From: a candidate division WOR-3 bacterium
GTDB lineage: Bacteria; Hydrothermota; Tepidihabitantia; Tepidihabitantales; Tepidihabitantaceae
Direction: 5' to 3'
Length of the DNA stretch: 64,000 nt
Assembly (NCBI GenBank): GCA_037441285.1
Contig: JBBISL010000001.1
Coordinates: forward strand, 88,899 to 152,898
The notes under the pieces are model-generated. The model had not been told where the DNA came from. It made no database searches and saw nothing but the letters and a program-made list of their open reading frames with translations. Shown here piece after piece: positions 1-9,206 of this stretch (position 1 is its first letter; every line of letters begins with the position of its first letter). Both the position numbers and the translations under genes were made by a program.

Positions 1-889
1 TAATAAAATCTCGGCCAGTTAAAACTTTTTTCCCGGCTGGTTTCAAACTAATTAACTCGAGTAACTCGGTACCGGTAGCAACGAACAGACCAGGAGCGCC
101 GTCAACAATTGTACCAGGTTTGAGGTTGCGTTTCTCGCTCAAAATGCGGGAACGGAGAATAATCAAGCGGTTCGACCGAAAATAGGTTATCGCCCCGGGC
201 TCTGGAGACAGTGCTCGAATCCGATTGTGAATTTCCTGGGCGGATTTCTGCCAGTCAATATCTCGGTCGGCTGCTGTTAACTTGGGTGCGACGGTCGCAA
301 GGCTTTTATTTTGCGGCTGGCTTTTTACCCTACCTTCTTTAATTTCGATTAGTGTTTTGTAAACCAAATCTGCCCCCAGCAATGATAACCGAGTCTCAAG
401 TTCTCCTGCTGTTTCTTCAGGACTAACTTCAACCCGGATTTGATTCAGAATATCGCCGGAATCAACCCCTTTATCCATTTTGATTACGGTCACCCCGGAT
501 TCGGTGCACCCATCCATCAATTGACGGGGGATAGGTGCTGCACCACGGTAACGAGGAAGCAGCGAAGGGTGAAGGTTAATGAATCCATACCGGGGTATGT
601 TTAAAAGCGGCTCCTTCAGAATAACACCATACGCGACGAGTACACCGCAATCCGGTTTAAAACTGGTTATTTTTTCTACAAAATCGCGACTGTTGGGGTT
701 TTCGGGCGTAAACACTACGATACCACTCTCCCGAGCAACAAGTTCAACAGGCGAAGGAGTGGGCTTTAAACCCCGGCCCTGAGGTCGAGGAGGGTTGGTC
801 ACAACCGCAACAATTCCCAACCCCTTTTGCTGAAGTAGTTTTAACGTCGGAATCCCAAATGGCGCGGTACCGAAGAAAACTATCCGCAA
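1..889 (-). CDS. fmt: methionyl-tRNA formyltransferase (3' end beyond window)
   Basis: Manual translation from TTG at 889: LRIVFFGTAPFGIPTL...INLHPSLLPRYRGAAPI...GVTVIKMDKGVDSGDIL; overlaps the def stop. Confidence 0.95.
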   Translation of the reverse strand, partial: MRIVFFGTAPFGIPTLKLLQQKGLGIVAVVTNPPRPQGRGLKPTPSPVELVARESGIVVFTPENPNSRDFVEKITSFKPDCGVLVAYGVILKEPLLNIPRYGFINLHPSLLPRYRGAAPIPRQLMDGCTESGVTVIKMDKGVDSGDILNQIRVEVSPEETAGELETRLSLLGADLVYKTLIEIKEGRVKSQPQNKSLATVAPKLTAADRDIDWQKSAQEIHNRIRALSPEPGAITYFRSNRLIILRSRILSEKRNLKPGTIVDGAPGLFVATGTELLELISLKPAGKKVLTGRDFI

Positions 890-1431
890 ATCTGGCGCTC
901 CATTTCTTCAAGTTGTTTCAGTCTTGGGGCGAGTAGTTTGCGGCGCAGCTCACTGATATGGTCAATAAACAGAATACCACGCAAATGGTCAATTTCATGA
1001 AGAAGGGCACGAGCCAGCAAACCAGTACCTTCCATATATATTGGTTTGCCTTCAGCACTAAGACCTTTAATCCGGACAAATTCTGGCCGACTAACGATTT
1101 CATAAATATCTGGCAGGGAAAGACAACCCTCTTCCTCCTCAACCTTTCCTTCGGCAACCACAACTTCCGGGTTTATGATGCATAGGGGAGGACGGTCCAA
1201 ATTGCAAGCCTGAGGGTTAAGAGCAAAAACCGCCAGAGGAATGCCAATCTGGTTTGCCGCCAGCCCAACACCGTCTTTCTTAATCATCGTACTCAAAAGG
1301 TCCTGAATAAGAGTCTCAATGTTCTGGTTAAATTCAACTATAGGCTGGGCAGGAGTCCTTAATACTGGATTGCCGTAAAGGACAATTCTCCGGCATTTTC
1401 CTCTATTATCGAGATTGACCACTTCTGCCAT
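880..1431 (-). CDS. def: peptide deformylase
   Basis: GVGLAANQIG, EGCLS and HEIDH motifs; adjacent to fmt. Confidence 0.97.
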   Translation of the reverse strand: MAEVVNLDNRGKCRRIVLYGNPVLRTPAQPIVEFNQNIETLIQDLLSTMIKKDGVGLAANQIGIPLAVFALNPQACNLDRPPLCIINPEVVVAEGKVEEEEGCLSLPDIYEIVSRPEFVRIKGLSAEGKPIYMEGTGLLARALLHEIDHLRGILFIDHISELRRKLLAPRLKQLEEMERQICG

Positions 1432-1467
1432 TAAGAACCCCTTACCCGAAACTATTAAGGCTGTTAC

Positions 1468-1797
1468 CTATTGACCCGTAGAACCCAGTTTGTATGCAAT
1501 GGCACCTTTTTCTACCTCAATTTCCGTGCCTTCTGACACTTTGACCATAAAGGTATTCTCTTTGACATTTGTGATAACACCAAGAATACCCGAAGCAAAT
1601 ACCACCCGGTCGCCCTTTTTAAGACTGGCAATCATCTGCTGGTGTTTTTTCTGACGACGTTGCTGGGGAAGAATCATCAGAAAATAGAGCACCACGAATA
1701 TTAGAATCAGTGGTAATAGGCTACCCAGCATCCCTAAACCACCAGAAGGCTGGGAAGCGGTGCCTGTTCCGGTCTGGGCAAATGCGATTTCAATCAC
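1468..1797 (-). CDS. yajC: preprotein translocase subunit YajC
   Basis: TM helix then YFLMILPQQRRQK...LKKGDRVV..GILG; GTG start after AAAGGAGG. Confidence 0.93.
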   Translation of the reverse strand: MIEIAFAQTGTGTASQPSGGLGMLGSLLPLILIFVVLYFLMILPQQRRQKKHQQMIASLKKGDRVVFASGILGVITNVKENTFMVKVSEGTEIEVEKGAIAYKLGSTGQ

Positions 1798-2421
1798 CTA
1801 TCCTCCTTTGTCTTTATCTTTTAAATAAAGGCGGTTTTTATAAATGTACTCCGCCACTGCTGTTGGTAAAAGATAACAAATAGACATCCCTTTGGCAAGT
1901 CGTTCTCTTATGATAGTTGCTGTTAATTCCACCGGGATAACATTAAGGAATATTACATCGCTGGGTTTGTGCCCTGGCAAAAGGGATGGTTGGGGAACTC
2001 CCGGCCTACTCATAACGACCAGTTTTGCTGCTTTGGTAAGTTCCAGGGGTTTATGCCATCGAGCAATCGAACGGTATTGGTCATATCCCAGCATAAGAAA
2101 AAGACAAGCCTGAGGGAATAAAAGGCGCAGGCGGGTTAATGTTTGTACTGTATAAGAAGGTCCAGGATGGTTCTCTTCCACACGAGAAAGAACGAACCAG
2201 GGATTACCAGCAATCGCCCGCTGGACCATTTCGACCCGAGAATTATAAGAGGCGAGAGGCGGAGGTCGATGAGGAGGATGAAAGGTCGGGATAAAAATGA
2301 CTTTGTCTAATTTTAATTTGAGTAAAACATCTTCCGCTATCAGCAGATGTCCCAAATGAATAGGGTCAAAGCACCCGCCGAATATGCCAATGCGGGTTCT
2401 ATTAACCGGACATCGCCGCAT
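1798..2421 (-). CDS. nadD: nicotinate-nucleotide adenylyltransferase
   Basis: GIFGGCFDPIHLGH (HxGH), SYTVQTL, W-HK, TATIIRERL. Confidence 0.93.
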   Translation of the reverse strand: MRRCPVNRTRIGIFGGCFDPIHLGHLLIAEDVLLKLKLDKVIFIPTFHPPHRPPPLASYNSRVEMVQRAIAGNPWFVLSRVEENHPGPSYTVQTLTRLRLLFPQACLFLMLGYDQYRSIARWHKPLELTKAAKLVVMSRPGVPQPSLLPGHKPSDVIFLNVIPVELTATIIRERLAKGMSICYLLPTAVAEYIYKNRLYLKDKDKGG

Positions 2422-3170
2422 TAGTGTATCAGGTTGAGATAACGCTGCGCCGCCTGTTTAAGCCGAGGGGAAACTGCACTGGTAACCAGTTCTTCGAAAA
2501 TCGGACGTGCCGCCTCGGAATCGCCAGTTTCATAATAACAAACGGCGAATTGATAACGGTCTTTCTCTGACCAGTTAATTTCGGGGTAGTTTTCTTGGAT
2601 GAACTGGTAATAAATCAGTGCGGACTTGTATTCGCCCGCCTTGAAATAGAGTCGGGCGGCGTCAAACTCCTTTTGCACTAAACGGGACTCAATTTCCTTC
2701 AAAGCGTTTTGTGCCTGCTCCCGGAATCGAGAGTCGGGATATTCCTCAAGAAACTCGTTGAGTAATTCTTGGGCTTTCAGTACATTACTCTGGTCTTTAT
2801 TGGGCGCTGGGGCCGAGCGCAATGCCGCTATCGCCTTTTTAAAAGAGGCTTCTTCCTGAAATCGTCCATTGGGAAAATTTTTAAGATAGAAATCGAATTC
2901 ACTTTGCGCCTGTTCATAGTCTTTGCTTTCAAAATAACAGTCGGCAAGGTAAAACTGGGCATCAGCCGCCTGAGCACTGCCGGGAAAGTTAAAAATTAAG
3001 TAGGTAAAACCCTCTTCCGCTTTTTGAAACCTTTTTGCCTTTTTATCGGACAGTGCTTGTTCCAGTGCTTCCTGCGGGGTTGTGGGCTTTGTTTGTTCCG
3101 GTCTTTTCGGGCAGGCGGTTCCAATCAGAACCAGCAGTAAAAGTAATCTCGGGCTCGCGATTGGTTTCAA
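2421..3170 (-). CDS. bamD: outer membrane assembly lipoprotein BamD (TPR)
   Basis: Lipobox IGTAC, TPR helices, EYPDS and ARLYFK..YKSA patterns. Confidence 0.8.
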   Translation of the reverse strand: MKPIASPRLLLLLVLIGTACPKRPEQTKPTTPQEALEQALSDKKAKRFQKAEEGFTYLIFNFPGSAQAADAQFYLADCYFESKDYEQAQSEFDFYLKNFPNGRFQEEASFKKAIAALRSAPAPNKDQSNVLKAQELLNEFLEEYPDSRFREQAQNALKEIESRLVQKEFDAARLYFKAGEYKSALIYYQFIQENYPEINWSEKDRYQFAVCYYETGDSEAARPIFEELVTSAVSPRLKQAAQRYLNLIH

Positions 3171-4003
3171 ATTCTTTTTACCACTTCCTGCACGATTGCC
3201 GTAAGTTTCGGTTCGGCTTCATTGGCAACACGCAGCACTGTTGCCAGATCAACGGGCTGGAGCTGTTGAGGAATTCCCATATCGGTAATAACCGAAAAAC
3301 CGAGGACCCTTAATCCTGCATGCCGGGCAACGATTGTTTCCGGTACCGTTGACATGCCAACAAGGTCAGCGCCGATAATGCGAAGATAGCGATACTCGGC
3401 GGCGGTTTCGAGATTAGGACCAGTAACCCAGGCATAAACTCCCCGGCGCAGAGTTAAGTTCAGTTCGGCTGCGACCGTTTCCGCCCGTTTAATCAATTGC
3501 GGGTCATAACATTCAAACATATCAGGAAATCGTGGGCCCAGCGTTTCATCATTGGGTCCTCTCAAAGGGTTCTGGCCGGTAAGATTGATGTGGTCGGTGA
3601 TGACTGCAATATCACCGGCTTGAAACTCAGGATTTAAGCCGCCCGCGGCGTTTGAGACAATTAGCGTATCGATACCCAGTTCCTTCATTACCCGCACCGG
3701 ATGGGTAATTTCCTGAGGTTCGTAACCTTCATAATAATGAAAACGACCTTGCATTACCACCACCGGTTTAGCGCACAACATCCCGAGTATTAAACGACCA
3801 CCATGGCTTTCTACGGTTGGAATGGGGAAGTGGGGAATTGTTGCATAGGGGATAGTTACAGCATTTTCCACTTTCTCCGCAAGTTTACCCAACCCGGTAC
3901 CGAGAATTATCCCGATTCGCGGTTTGAAAGCAGTCCTATTTCTTATCGCTTGAACGCTCTCTTGAATCCTTTGTTTCAGTGTTGGAGTGTGTGTTGGATT
4001 CAT
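3167..4003 (-). CDS. punA: purine-nucleoside phosphorylase (trimeric type)
   Basis: IILGTGLG, MQGRFHYYEG, NAAGG, GPNLET, VGMSTVPE. Confidence 0.93.
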   Translation of the reverse strand: MNPTHTPTLKQRIQESVQAIRNRTAFKPRIGIILGTGLGKLAEKVENAVTIPYATIPHFPIPTVESHGGRLILGMLCAKPVVVMQGRFHYYEGYEPQEITHPVRVMKELGIDTLIVSNAAGGLNPEFQAGDIAVITDHINLTGQNPLRGPNDETLGPRFPDMFECYDPQLIKRAETVAAELNLTLRRGVYAWVTGPNLETAAEYRYLRIIGADLVGMSTVPETIVARHAGLRVLGFSVITDMGIPQQLQPVDLATVLRVANEAEPKLTAIVQEVVKRI

Positions 4004-4430
4004 TTAGTTCTAACCGTCCTTTTTCAAACCTTTCTACTACTGCTAAGTAAGTATTGGCAATACCTTTGACCTCATCGAGTATCAGTGCCCGGCGCTTTTG
4101 TAATTCCTTTAATTCGGACCGCATCCTCGCCGCCTCCTGTTTTATCTGTTCAATCATCAGTTCGCGCTCTTTTTCAACATTGGCACGCATTTCTTCGGCA
4201 ACCTGTTGCGCCGTGAGCAGCGTATCTTTAAGTAGTTTCTCCATTTTTTCATAAGCAGCGACGCGGGCCGCGAGTTCATCAACCTTTTCGGCAAGTGCTG
4301 CTCGCTCCTTACGCAGTTCTTCAAGCTCATTGGCAACGACAGCAAGAAACGCCCGCACTTCTTTTACTGCATATCCCCGGAACGAGACAGAAAATGCCTT
4401 CTTCCTTATTTCAATTGGTGTTAACGCCAT
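3936..4430 (-). CDS. DivIVA domain protein
   Basis: MALTPIEIRKKAFSVSFRGYAVKEV DivIVA N-terminus plus coiled coil; start moved to ATG 4430, just downstream of a promoter. Confidence 0.88.
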   Translation of the reverse strand: MALTPIEIRKKAFSVSFRGYAVKEVRAFLAVVANELEELRKERAALAEKVDELAARVAAYEKMEKLLKDTLLTAQQVAEEMRANVEKERELMIEQIKQEAARMRSELKELQKRRALILDEVKGIANTYLAVVERFEKGRLELNESNTHSNTETKDSRERSSDKK

Positions 4431-4437
4431 TGTTTTT

Positions 4438-4465
4438 AGTGTATATTGATAAGAAGCGGTGTCAA
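4438..4465 (-). promoter_or_regulatory. sigma70-type promoter, near-leaderless, for the divIVA operon
   Basis: TTGACA-16-TACACT-7nt-ATG. Confidence 0.7.
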
Positions 4466-4499
4466 GAAAAAGTATCATTCCAACCCCGGTATCGGTTCC

Positions 4500-4527
4500 T
4501 TGACACGCCGATATCATTGAGTAAGAT
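4500..4527 (+). promoter_or_regulatory. sigma70-type promoter, leaderless thrS
   Basis: TTGACA-16-TAAGAT-6nt-GTG, no SD. Confidence 0.7.
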
Positions 4528-4533
4528 TGAACC

Positions 4534-6444
4534 GTGATAAAAATTACGGTTAATGGTGTTGTCCAGGAAGTCGAGCCCGGTATTACGGCTGGGGCAGCGT
4601 TGAATGATACAAAGGCACTGGCGGCGATGGTAAACGGCCGGCTGGTTGACCTTTCTTTTCCAATACGGGAAGATGCGGTAGTGACCCCCGTGTACTTCGA
4701 TTCAAAGGAAGGGCGCGAGATATTCTGGCACTCGGCATCGCATTTGATGGCACAGGCGGTAAAACAACTTTATCCGGAAGCGAAGGTTACCATTGGTCCG
4801 GCAGTTCCCGAAGGGTTTTACTATGATTTTGATGTCCCCAAGCCTTTCAATGAAGAAGATTTACCCAGGATAGAAGAACGCATGCGCGAACTGTCACGGC
4901 AGCAAATACCGATTGTTCATAAATTTTTACCGAGAGAAGAGGCAATAGAACTGTTTCGGCAGCGGGGAGAGACCTACAAATTGGAGATTATCGCAGAAAT
5001 ACCTGATGAAGAGATTTCGGTTTACGAACAAGGCGATTTTGTGGACCTCTGCCGAGGACCGCATCTCCCAGACACGGGAAAAATCAAGGCGATAAAACTT
5101 TTAAGCGTTGCTGGGGCTTACTGGCGCGGCGATGAAAAGAACCGAATGCTATCGCGGATTTACGGCGTAGCATTTCCTGATGATAATTTGCTAAAAGAGT
5201 GGCTGGAGCGCATCGAAGAAGCTAAGCGCCGTGACCATCGAAAACTGGGACCGGCTCTGGATTTATTCAGTTTCCATGAAGAGGCGGGCGCCGGTTTAGT
5301 GTTCTGGCATCCTAAGGGTGCAACGGTGCGCCGGCTCATCCAGGATTACTGGGAAAAAGAGCATCTTACCGCTGGCTATCAGTTGGTAGTAACTCCCCAT
5401 ATCGCCCGGGCGCAACTGTGGCGGCAGTCAGGACATTTTGATTATTATCGGGAAAATATGTATGTCCTGCCGGTGGAAAAGGAGGAGTATGTATTAAAAC
5501 CAATGAACTGTCCTGGACATATTCTCATTTACCGCACAAAAGTCCACTCCTATCGGGATTTACCCCTTCGCTTGGCAGAATGGGGGACAGTATATCGATA
5601 TGAACGTTCTGGTGTGCTCCATGGAACAATGCGCGTCCGCGGCTTCACGCAGGATGATGCCCATATATTCTGCACCCAGGAGCAGGTTGGTGAAGAAATA
5701 CACGGTGTGATTTCTTTATCGCTTAAAATGCTACGCCAATTTGGCTTCGAGAAATTTAGCGTGGCCCTTTCCGTGCGCGACCCAAAACATCCCGAAAATT
5801 ATCTGGGTACTGATGAACAGTGGTCTGTAGCGGAAAATGCTTTGGTCAATACTTTGAAACGACTGGGATTGGACTTTTCCCGCGCTGAAGGCGAAGCCGT
5901 CTTCTATGGTCCCAAAATTGATATCCATCTTGCCGATTCATTAGGAAGAGAGTTTCAATGTGCCACCTGTCAATTTGATTTTAATCTTGCCCAGAAATTC
6001 AATGTTTACTATATGAATAATAATGGCGAACACTTGCCGGCTTATCTTGTTCATCGGACCGTCCTTGGTAGTATCGAGCGGTTTGTCGGAATCTTGATTG
6101 AACATTACGGTGGTGCTTTTCCAACCTGGCTGGCACCGGTTCAAGCGTGTGTTTTGACCGTGACCGACAAGGAAGCAGATTACGCCCATGAGATTGTTGC
6201 AATGTTAAAAAAGGAAAATGTCAGAGTTGAAATTGATTTAAATAATGATAAAATTAGTTATAAAATAGGTGAAGCGGAAAGACAAAAAATTCCTTTTATG
6301 CTGGTCGTTGGCGCCAAAGAAAAGGCAACCAATACGGTTTCTCTACGCCGACGCGGTAAAGGGAATCTTGGCAATATGCCGCTGGAAAGAGTATTGGAAC
6401 AAATAAAGGAGGAAACCTCTGGAAGAGCAACAGGAAAAGATTAA
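4534..6444 (+). CDS. thrS: threonine--tRNA ligase
   Basis: HSASHLMA, DLCRGPH, KPMNCPGH, RVRGFTQDDAH, FYGPKID, GSIERF. Confidence 0.99.
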   Translation: MIKITVNGVVQEVEPGITAGAALNDTKALAAMVNGRLVDLSFPIREDAVVTPVYFDSKEGREIFWHSASHLMAQAVKQLYPEAKVTIGPAVPEGFYYDFDVPKPFNEEDLPRIEERMRELSRQQIPIVHKFLPREEAIELFRQRGETYKLEIIAEIPDEEISVYEQGDFVDLCRGPHLPDTGKIKAIKLLSVAGAYWRGDEKNRMLSRIYGVAFPDDNLLKEWLERIEEAKRRDHRKLGPALDLFSFHEEAGAGLVFWHPKGATVRRLIQDYWEKEHLTAGYQLVVTPHIARAQLWRQSGHFDYYRENMYVLPVEKEEYVLKPMNCPGHILIYRTKVHSYRDLPLRLAEWGTVYRYERSGVLHGTMRVRGFTQDDAHIFCTQEQVGEEIHGVISLSLKMLRQFGFEKFSVALSVRDPKHPENYLGTDEQWSVAENALVNTLKRLGLDFSRAEGEAVFYGPKIDIHLADSLGREFQCATCQFDFNLAQKFNVYYMNNNGEHLPAYLVHRTVLGSIERFVGILIEHYGGAFPTWLAPVQACVLTVTDKEADYAHEIVAMLKKENVRVEIDLNNDKISYKIGEAERQKIPFMLVVGAKEKATNTVSLRRRGKGNLGNMPLERVLEQIKEETSGRATGKD

Positions 6445-6967
6445 AGATTTCTATAAGGACCGACCAAAAGCAAATGAGCAGATTCGGGTTCCTTATGTGC
6501 GAGTAATTGGGGTTGACAAAAAGCCAATCGGGATTATGCCAACGCGCGAAGCGATTGCACTGGCGCGACGGCAAAACCTCGACCTGGTAATGTTAGCCCC
6601 AAAAGAAGAACCACCGGTATGTGGCATTATGGACTATGGTCGGCACCTTTATGAACAAAAGGCAAAACAACGGGAGTCGAAAAAGAAACAGCATCAGACT
6701 CAGGTTCGAGAAATCAGGATGAAGATGAAAATTGACCGGCACGACTACGAGGTAAAACTCAAGAAAATGCGCGAGTTTTTTGCCGCCCGAGACCGCGTTC
6801 GACTTACCCTGTGGTTACGAGGTAGGGAAGTTCTCCATACCGACTTGGCTTATCAACTCATCGACCGAATACGACAAGACCTTGCTGATGTTGCAAAGGT
6901 AGAAGGGAACATTAAGTTACAAACCGAAGGAAAAAAATCTATTCAATTGATGTTGGTGCCCAAATGA
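6440..6967 (+). CDS. infC: translation initiation factor IF-3 (probable ATT start)
   Basis: In-frame ATT at 6440 gives IKDFYKDRPKANEQIRVPYVRVI...PPVCGIMDYG...RGRE; located between thrS and rpmI. Confidence 0.93.
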   Translation: MKDFYKDRPKANEQIRVPYVRVIGVDKKPIGIMPTREAIALARRQNLDLVMLAPKEEPPVCGIMDYGRHLYEQKAKQRESKKKQHQTQVREIRMKMKIDRHDYEVKLKKMREFFAARDRVRLTLWLRGREVLHTDLAYQLIDRIRQDLADVAKVEGNIKLQTEGKKSIQLMLVPK

Positions 6968-7164
6968 AACAGAAAATTAAAACTTTAAGTTCACTAAAAA
7001 AACGCCTCAAATGTTCCGCTAATAAGAAATACCTTCATCGCCATAGCGGAACAAGCCATAATAACAGCGCCAAAAGCAATAAATGTAAACGACGGCTACA
7101 TCGTACGGCAATAGTCGATAAAGCACGAGTCAAGGCAATAAAAAAACTTGTTCCTTACTTATAA
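6964..7164 (+). CDS. rpmI: 50S ribosomal protein L35
   Basis: Basic 66 aa, KIKT..LKKR...H...K..KRRL, LVPY; sits between infC and rplT. Confidence 0.9.
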   Translation: MKQKIKTLSSLKKRLKCSANKKYLHRHSGTSHNNSAKSNKCKRRLHRTAIVDKARVKAIKKLVPYL

Positions 7165-7176
7165 CAGGAGAGCATA

Positions 7177-7536
7177 ATGGCACGAGTTAAAACAGGACCA
7201 GCAACCAGAAAACGACGCAAAAAATGGTTGAAGCAGGCAAAAGGTTACTGGGGAGGAAAATCCCGTTTATACAAAACTGCCCGGCTGCAGGTAATGCATG
7301 GCTTATTGAGCGCTTACCGGGATCGTAAGCAGAAAAAGCGAGTTTTCCGGGCATTAATGATAACCAGAATTAATGCCGCACTCCGTCCATATGACTTGAG
7401 TTACAGCCGATTTATGCATGGTATTAAACTGGCCGGAGTGGAACTTGACCGGAGTATTCTTTCCGAAGTTGCGATTAAATCCCCTGATGACTTTGCCCAG
7501 CTGGTCGCGCTGGCAAAACAACACCTCTCAAGTTAA
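7177..7536 (+). CDS. rplT: 50S ribosomal protein L20
   Basis: MARVKTG...AKGYWG...AYRDRKQKKR..R.L.ITRINAA. Confidence 0.98.
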   Translation: MARVKTGPATRKRRKKWLKQAKGYWGGKSRLYKTARLQVMHGLLSAYRDRKQKKRVFRALMITRINAALRPYDLSYSRFMHGIKLAGVELDRSILSEVAIKSPDDFAQLVALAKQHLSS

Positions 7537-7559
7537 ACCTGGGTTTGGCTTAAATTAAA

Positions 7560-7634
<75 letters not shown>

Positions 7635-7690
7635 ATACATCTATTCTATTTGAATCCTATAACAAATTAATTATAAAGTCAAGAAGGTTT

Positions 7691-8113
7691 TTATTCTAAG
7701 GGGACTTCGCTAATATATATTTTTTCCAATGCCAATGAAGGAAGTTGATAAACAAGTTGCGCTTGCCAGCCGGCAATGATACGAGATTGAGGATTAGAAG
7801 CATAATAACGAATAATAATACGCTGATTAATCGAATCGTACCCGGTGTAATTGTACTTTATCGGCTGCGGTAGAGAGATACCTAACTTTGTTTCCAACTC
7901 AAGGTGAAGGAGAAAACGATGTTTTTCTCCGTCCTTTATCAGGTGGGTAATTCCTTTTTTCTTTATCTCGTCTTCGGACATAAGTCGAAAGTAGTACGGA
8001 TACCTGTCAATTTGAACTGCTTGATTTGACGATAATATAAAACTTCGAATCTGAGAACCGGTATTACAGGCAAAGCAGAGTAACAAAATAAGTCTTTTAA
8101 GAAGTCGACGCAT
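7691..8113 (-). CDS. hypothetical lipoprotein
   Basis: Signal peptide ending CFAC; own promoter TTGACT-17-TAAAAT (8154-8126). Confidence 0.65.
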   Translation of the reverse strand: MRRLLKRLILLLCFACNTGSQIRSFILSSNQAVQIDRYPYYFRLMSEDEIKKKGITHLIKDGEKHRFLLHLELETKLGISLPQPIKYNYTGYDSINQRIIIRYYASNPQSRIIAGWQAQLVYQLPSLALEKIYISEVPLE

Positions 8114-8206
8114 CGTGATTAATGTATTTTAACCCCCGGTTTATTTACAGTCAATTCAACGATATCGCAAAAAAAACTTTTATTCTTTTCCTGGCAAAAT
8201 TTCCCT

Positions 8207-8234
8207 TTGACCCGAACATCGTGCGTTATATAAT
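8207..8234 (+). promoter_or_regulatory. sigma70-type promoter, leaderless
   Basis: TTGACC-16-TATAAT-6nt-ATG(8241). Confidence 0.75.
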
Positions 8235-8240
8235 TTCATC

Positions 8241-9203
8241 ATGCAAATCGGGCTATGCCGCGCGCTCCACACATTTCACCATTTTGCTTTGTGGAACAGA
8301 TTTTTAAAAGAACTCGGTTTTGAAGTAGTCCTGACTCCCGGAACAACTTTCCAAATGGTTGAAGAAGGACTAAAAGTAGCACCCCCTGAATTATGTCTCC
8401 CGGTCAAGGTATTCCTTGGTCACATAACGATTTTACAACAAAAGGTGGACGCCATATTAATTCCACGATTGGTGTGTCGAAAAATCGGCAATGATTTTTA
8501 TTTTGGATGCCCCAAAGCACTTGCCCTTCCCGATTTGACCAGAGCCATTTTCCCAAATTTAAATGAAATTGTAGAATTAATCATCGACGAAAGAATCTTT
8601 TCCGAAACAACCGCATTAGTCCATCTTGCCCGCAAATTGAAAGTGAAAAAGGAGGAAGCATTAGCAGCTTGCGAGATGGCAAAAAGAACTGCACGGGCGG
8701 CTGACGAGTTAACGCGCCAGATGGCAACGCCAATTCATCTCGTCAATCAACGAAGCAACGCACCCTTTTCAAGGGAAAATTATCTCGGGCTTAAAATCGG
8801 CCTAATTGGCCATCCTTACCTTTTGTTTGATGAATACCTGAACGGCGGAATTTTCAAATTCATCAAATCCTGTGGCGCCGAACCGGTTGTCTTATTCCCT
8901 GAGGAGAACCAGATTATCCAGAATGCCCTGGCTAAAAACACCCCTAATTGGTATTACGAACTGGAATTAATTACCAGTGCCCGACAACTGGTTCGGGACA
9001 AAACCATCAGTGGGTTGATTTTATTCTCTAACTTTGCCTGTGGTACCGGTTCAGTTGTAAATGAACTAATACGGCGCGAAGTTGCTTCAGGAAGAAACAT
9101 CCCGATCCTTACGCTTCTTATTGATGAGCATACCGGTGAAACTGGATTAAAAACAAGGCTGGAAGCATTTGTTGATTTGCTTAAGGTTAGAAGACAACGG
9201 TAA
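8241..9203 (+). CDS. acyl-CoA dehydratase activase-related / DUF2229-type Fe-S subunit
   Basis: CLPVKVFLGH, GCPK, FACG, IDEHTGETGLKTRLEAF. Confidence 0.8.
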   Translation: MQIGLCRALHTFHHFALWNRFLKELGFEVVLTPGTTFQMVEEGLKVAPPELCLPVKVFLGHITILQQKVDAILIPRLVCRKIGNDFYFGCPKALALPDLTRAIFPNLNEIVELIIDERIFSETTALVHLARKLKVKKEEALAACEMAKRTARAADELTRQMATPIHLVNQRSNAPFSRENYLGLKIGLIGHPYLLFDEYLNGGIFKFIKSCGAEPVVLFPEENQIIQNALAKNTPNWYYELELITSARQLVRDKTISGLILFSNFACGTGSVVNELIRREVASGRNIPILTLLIDEHTGETGLKTRLEAFVDLLKVRRQR

Positions 9204-9206
9204 AGT

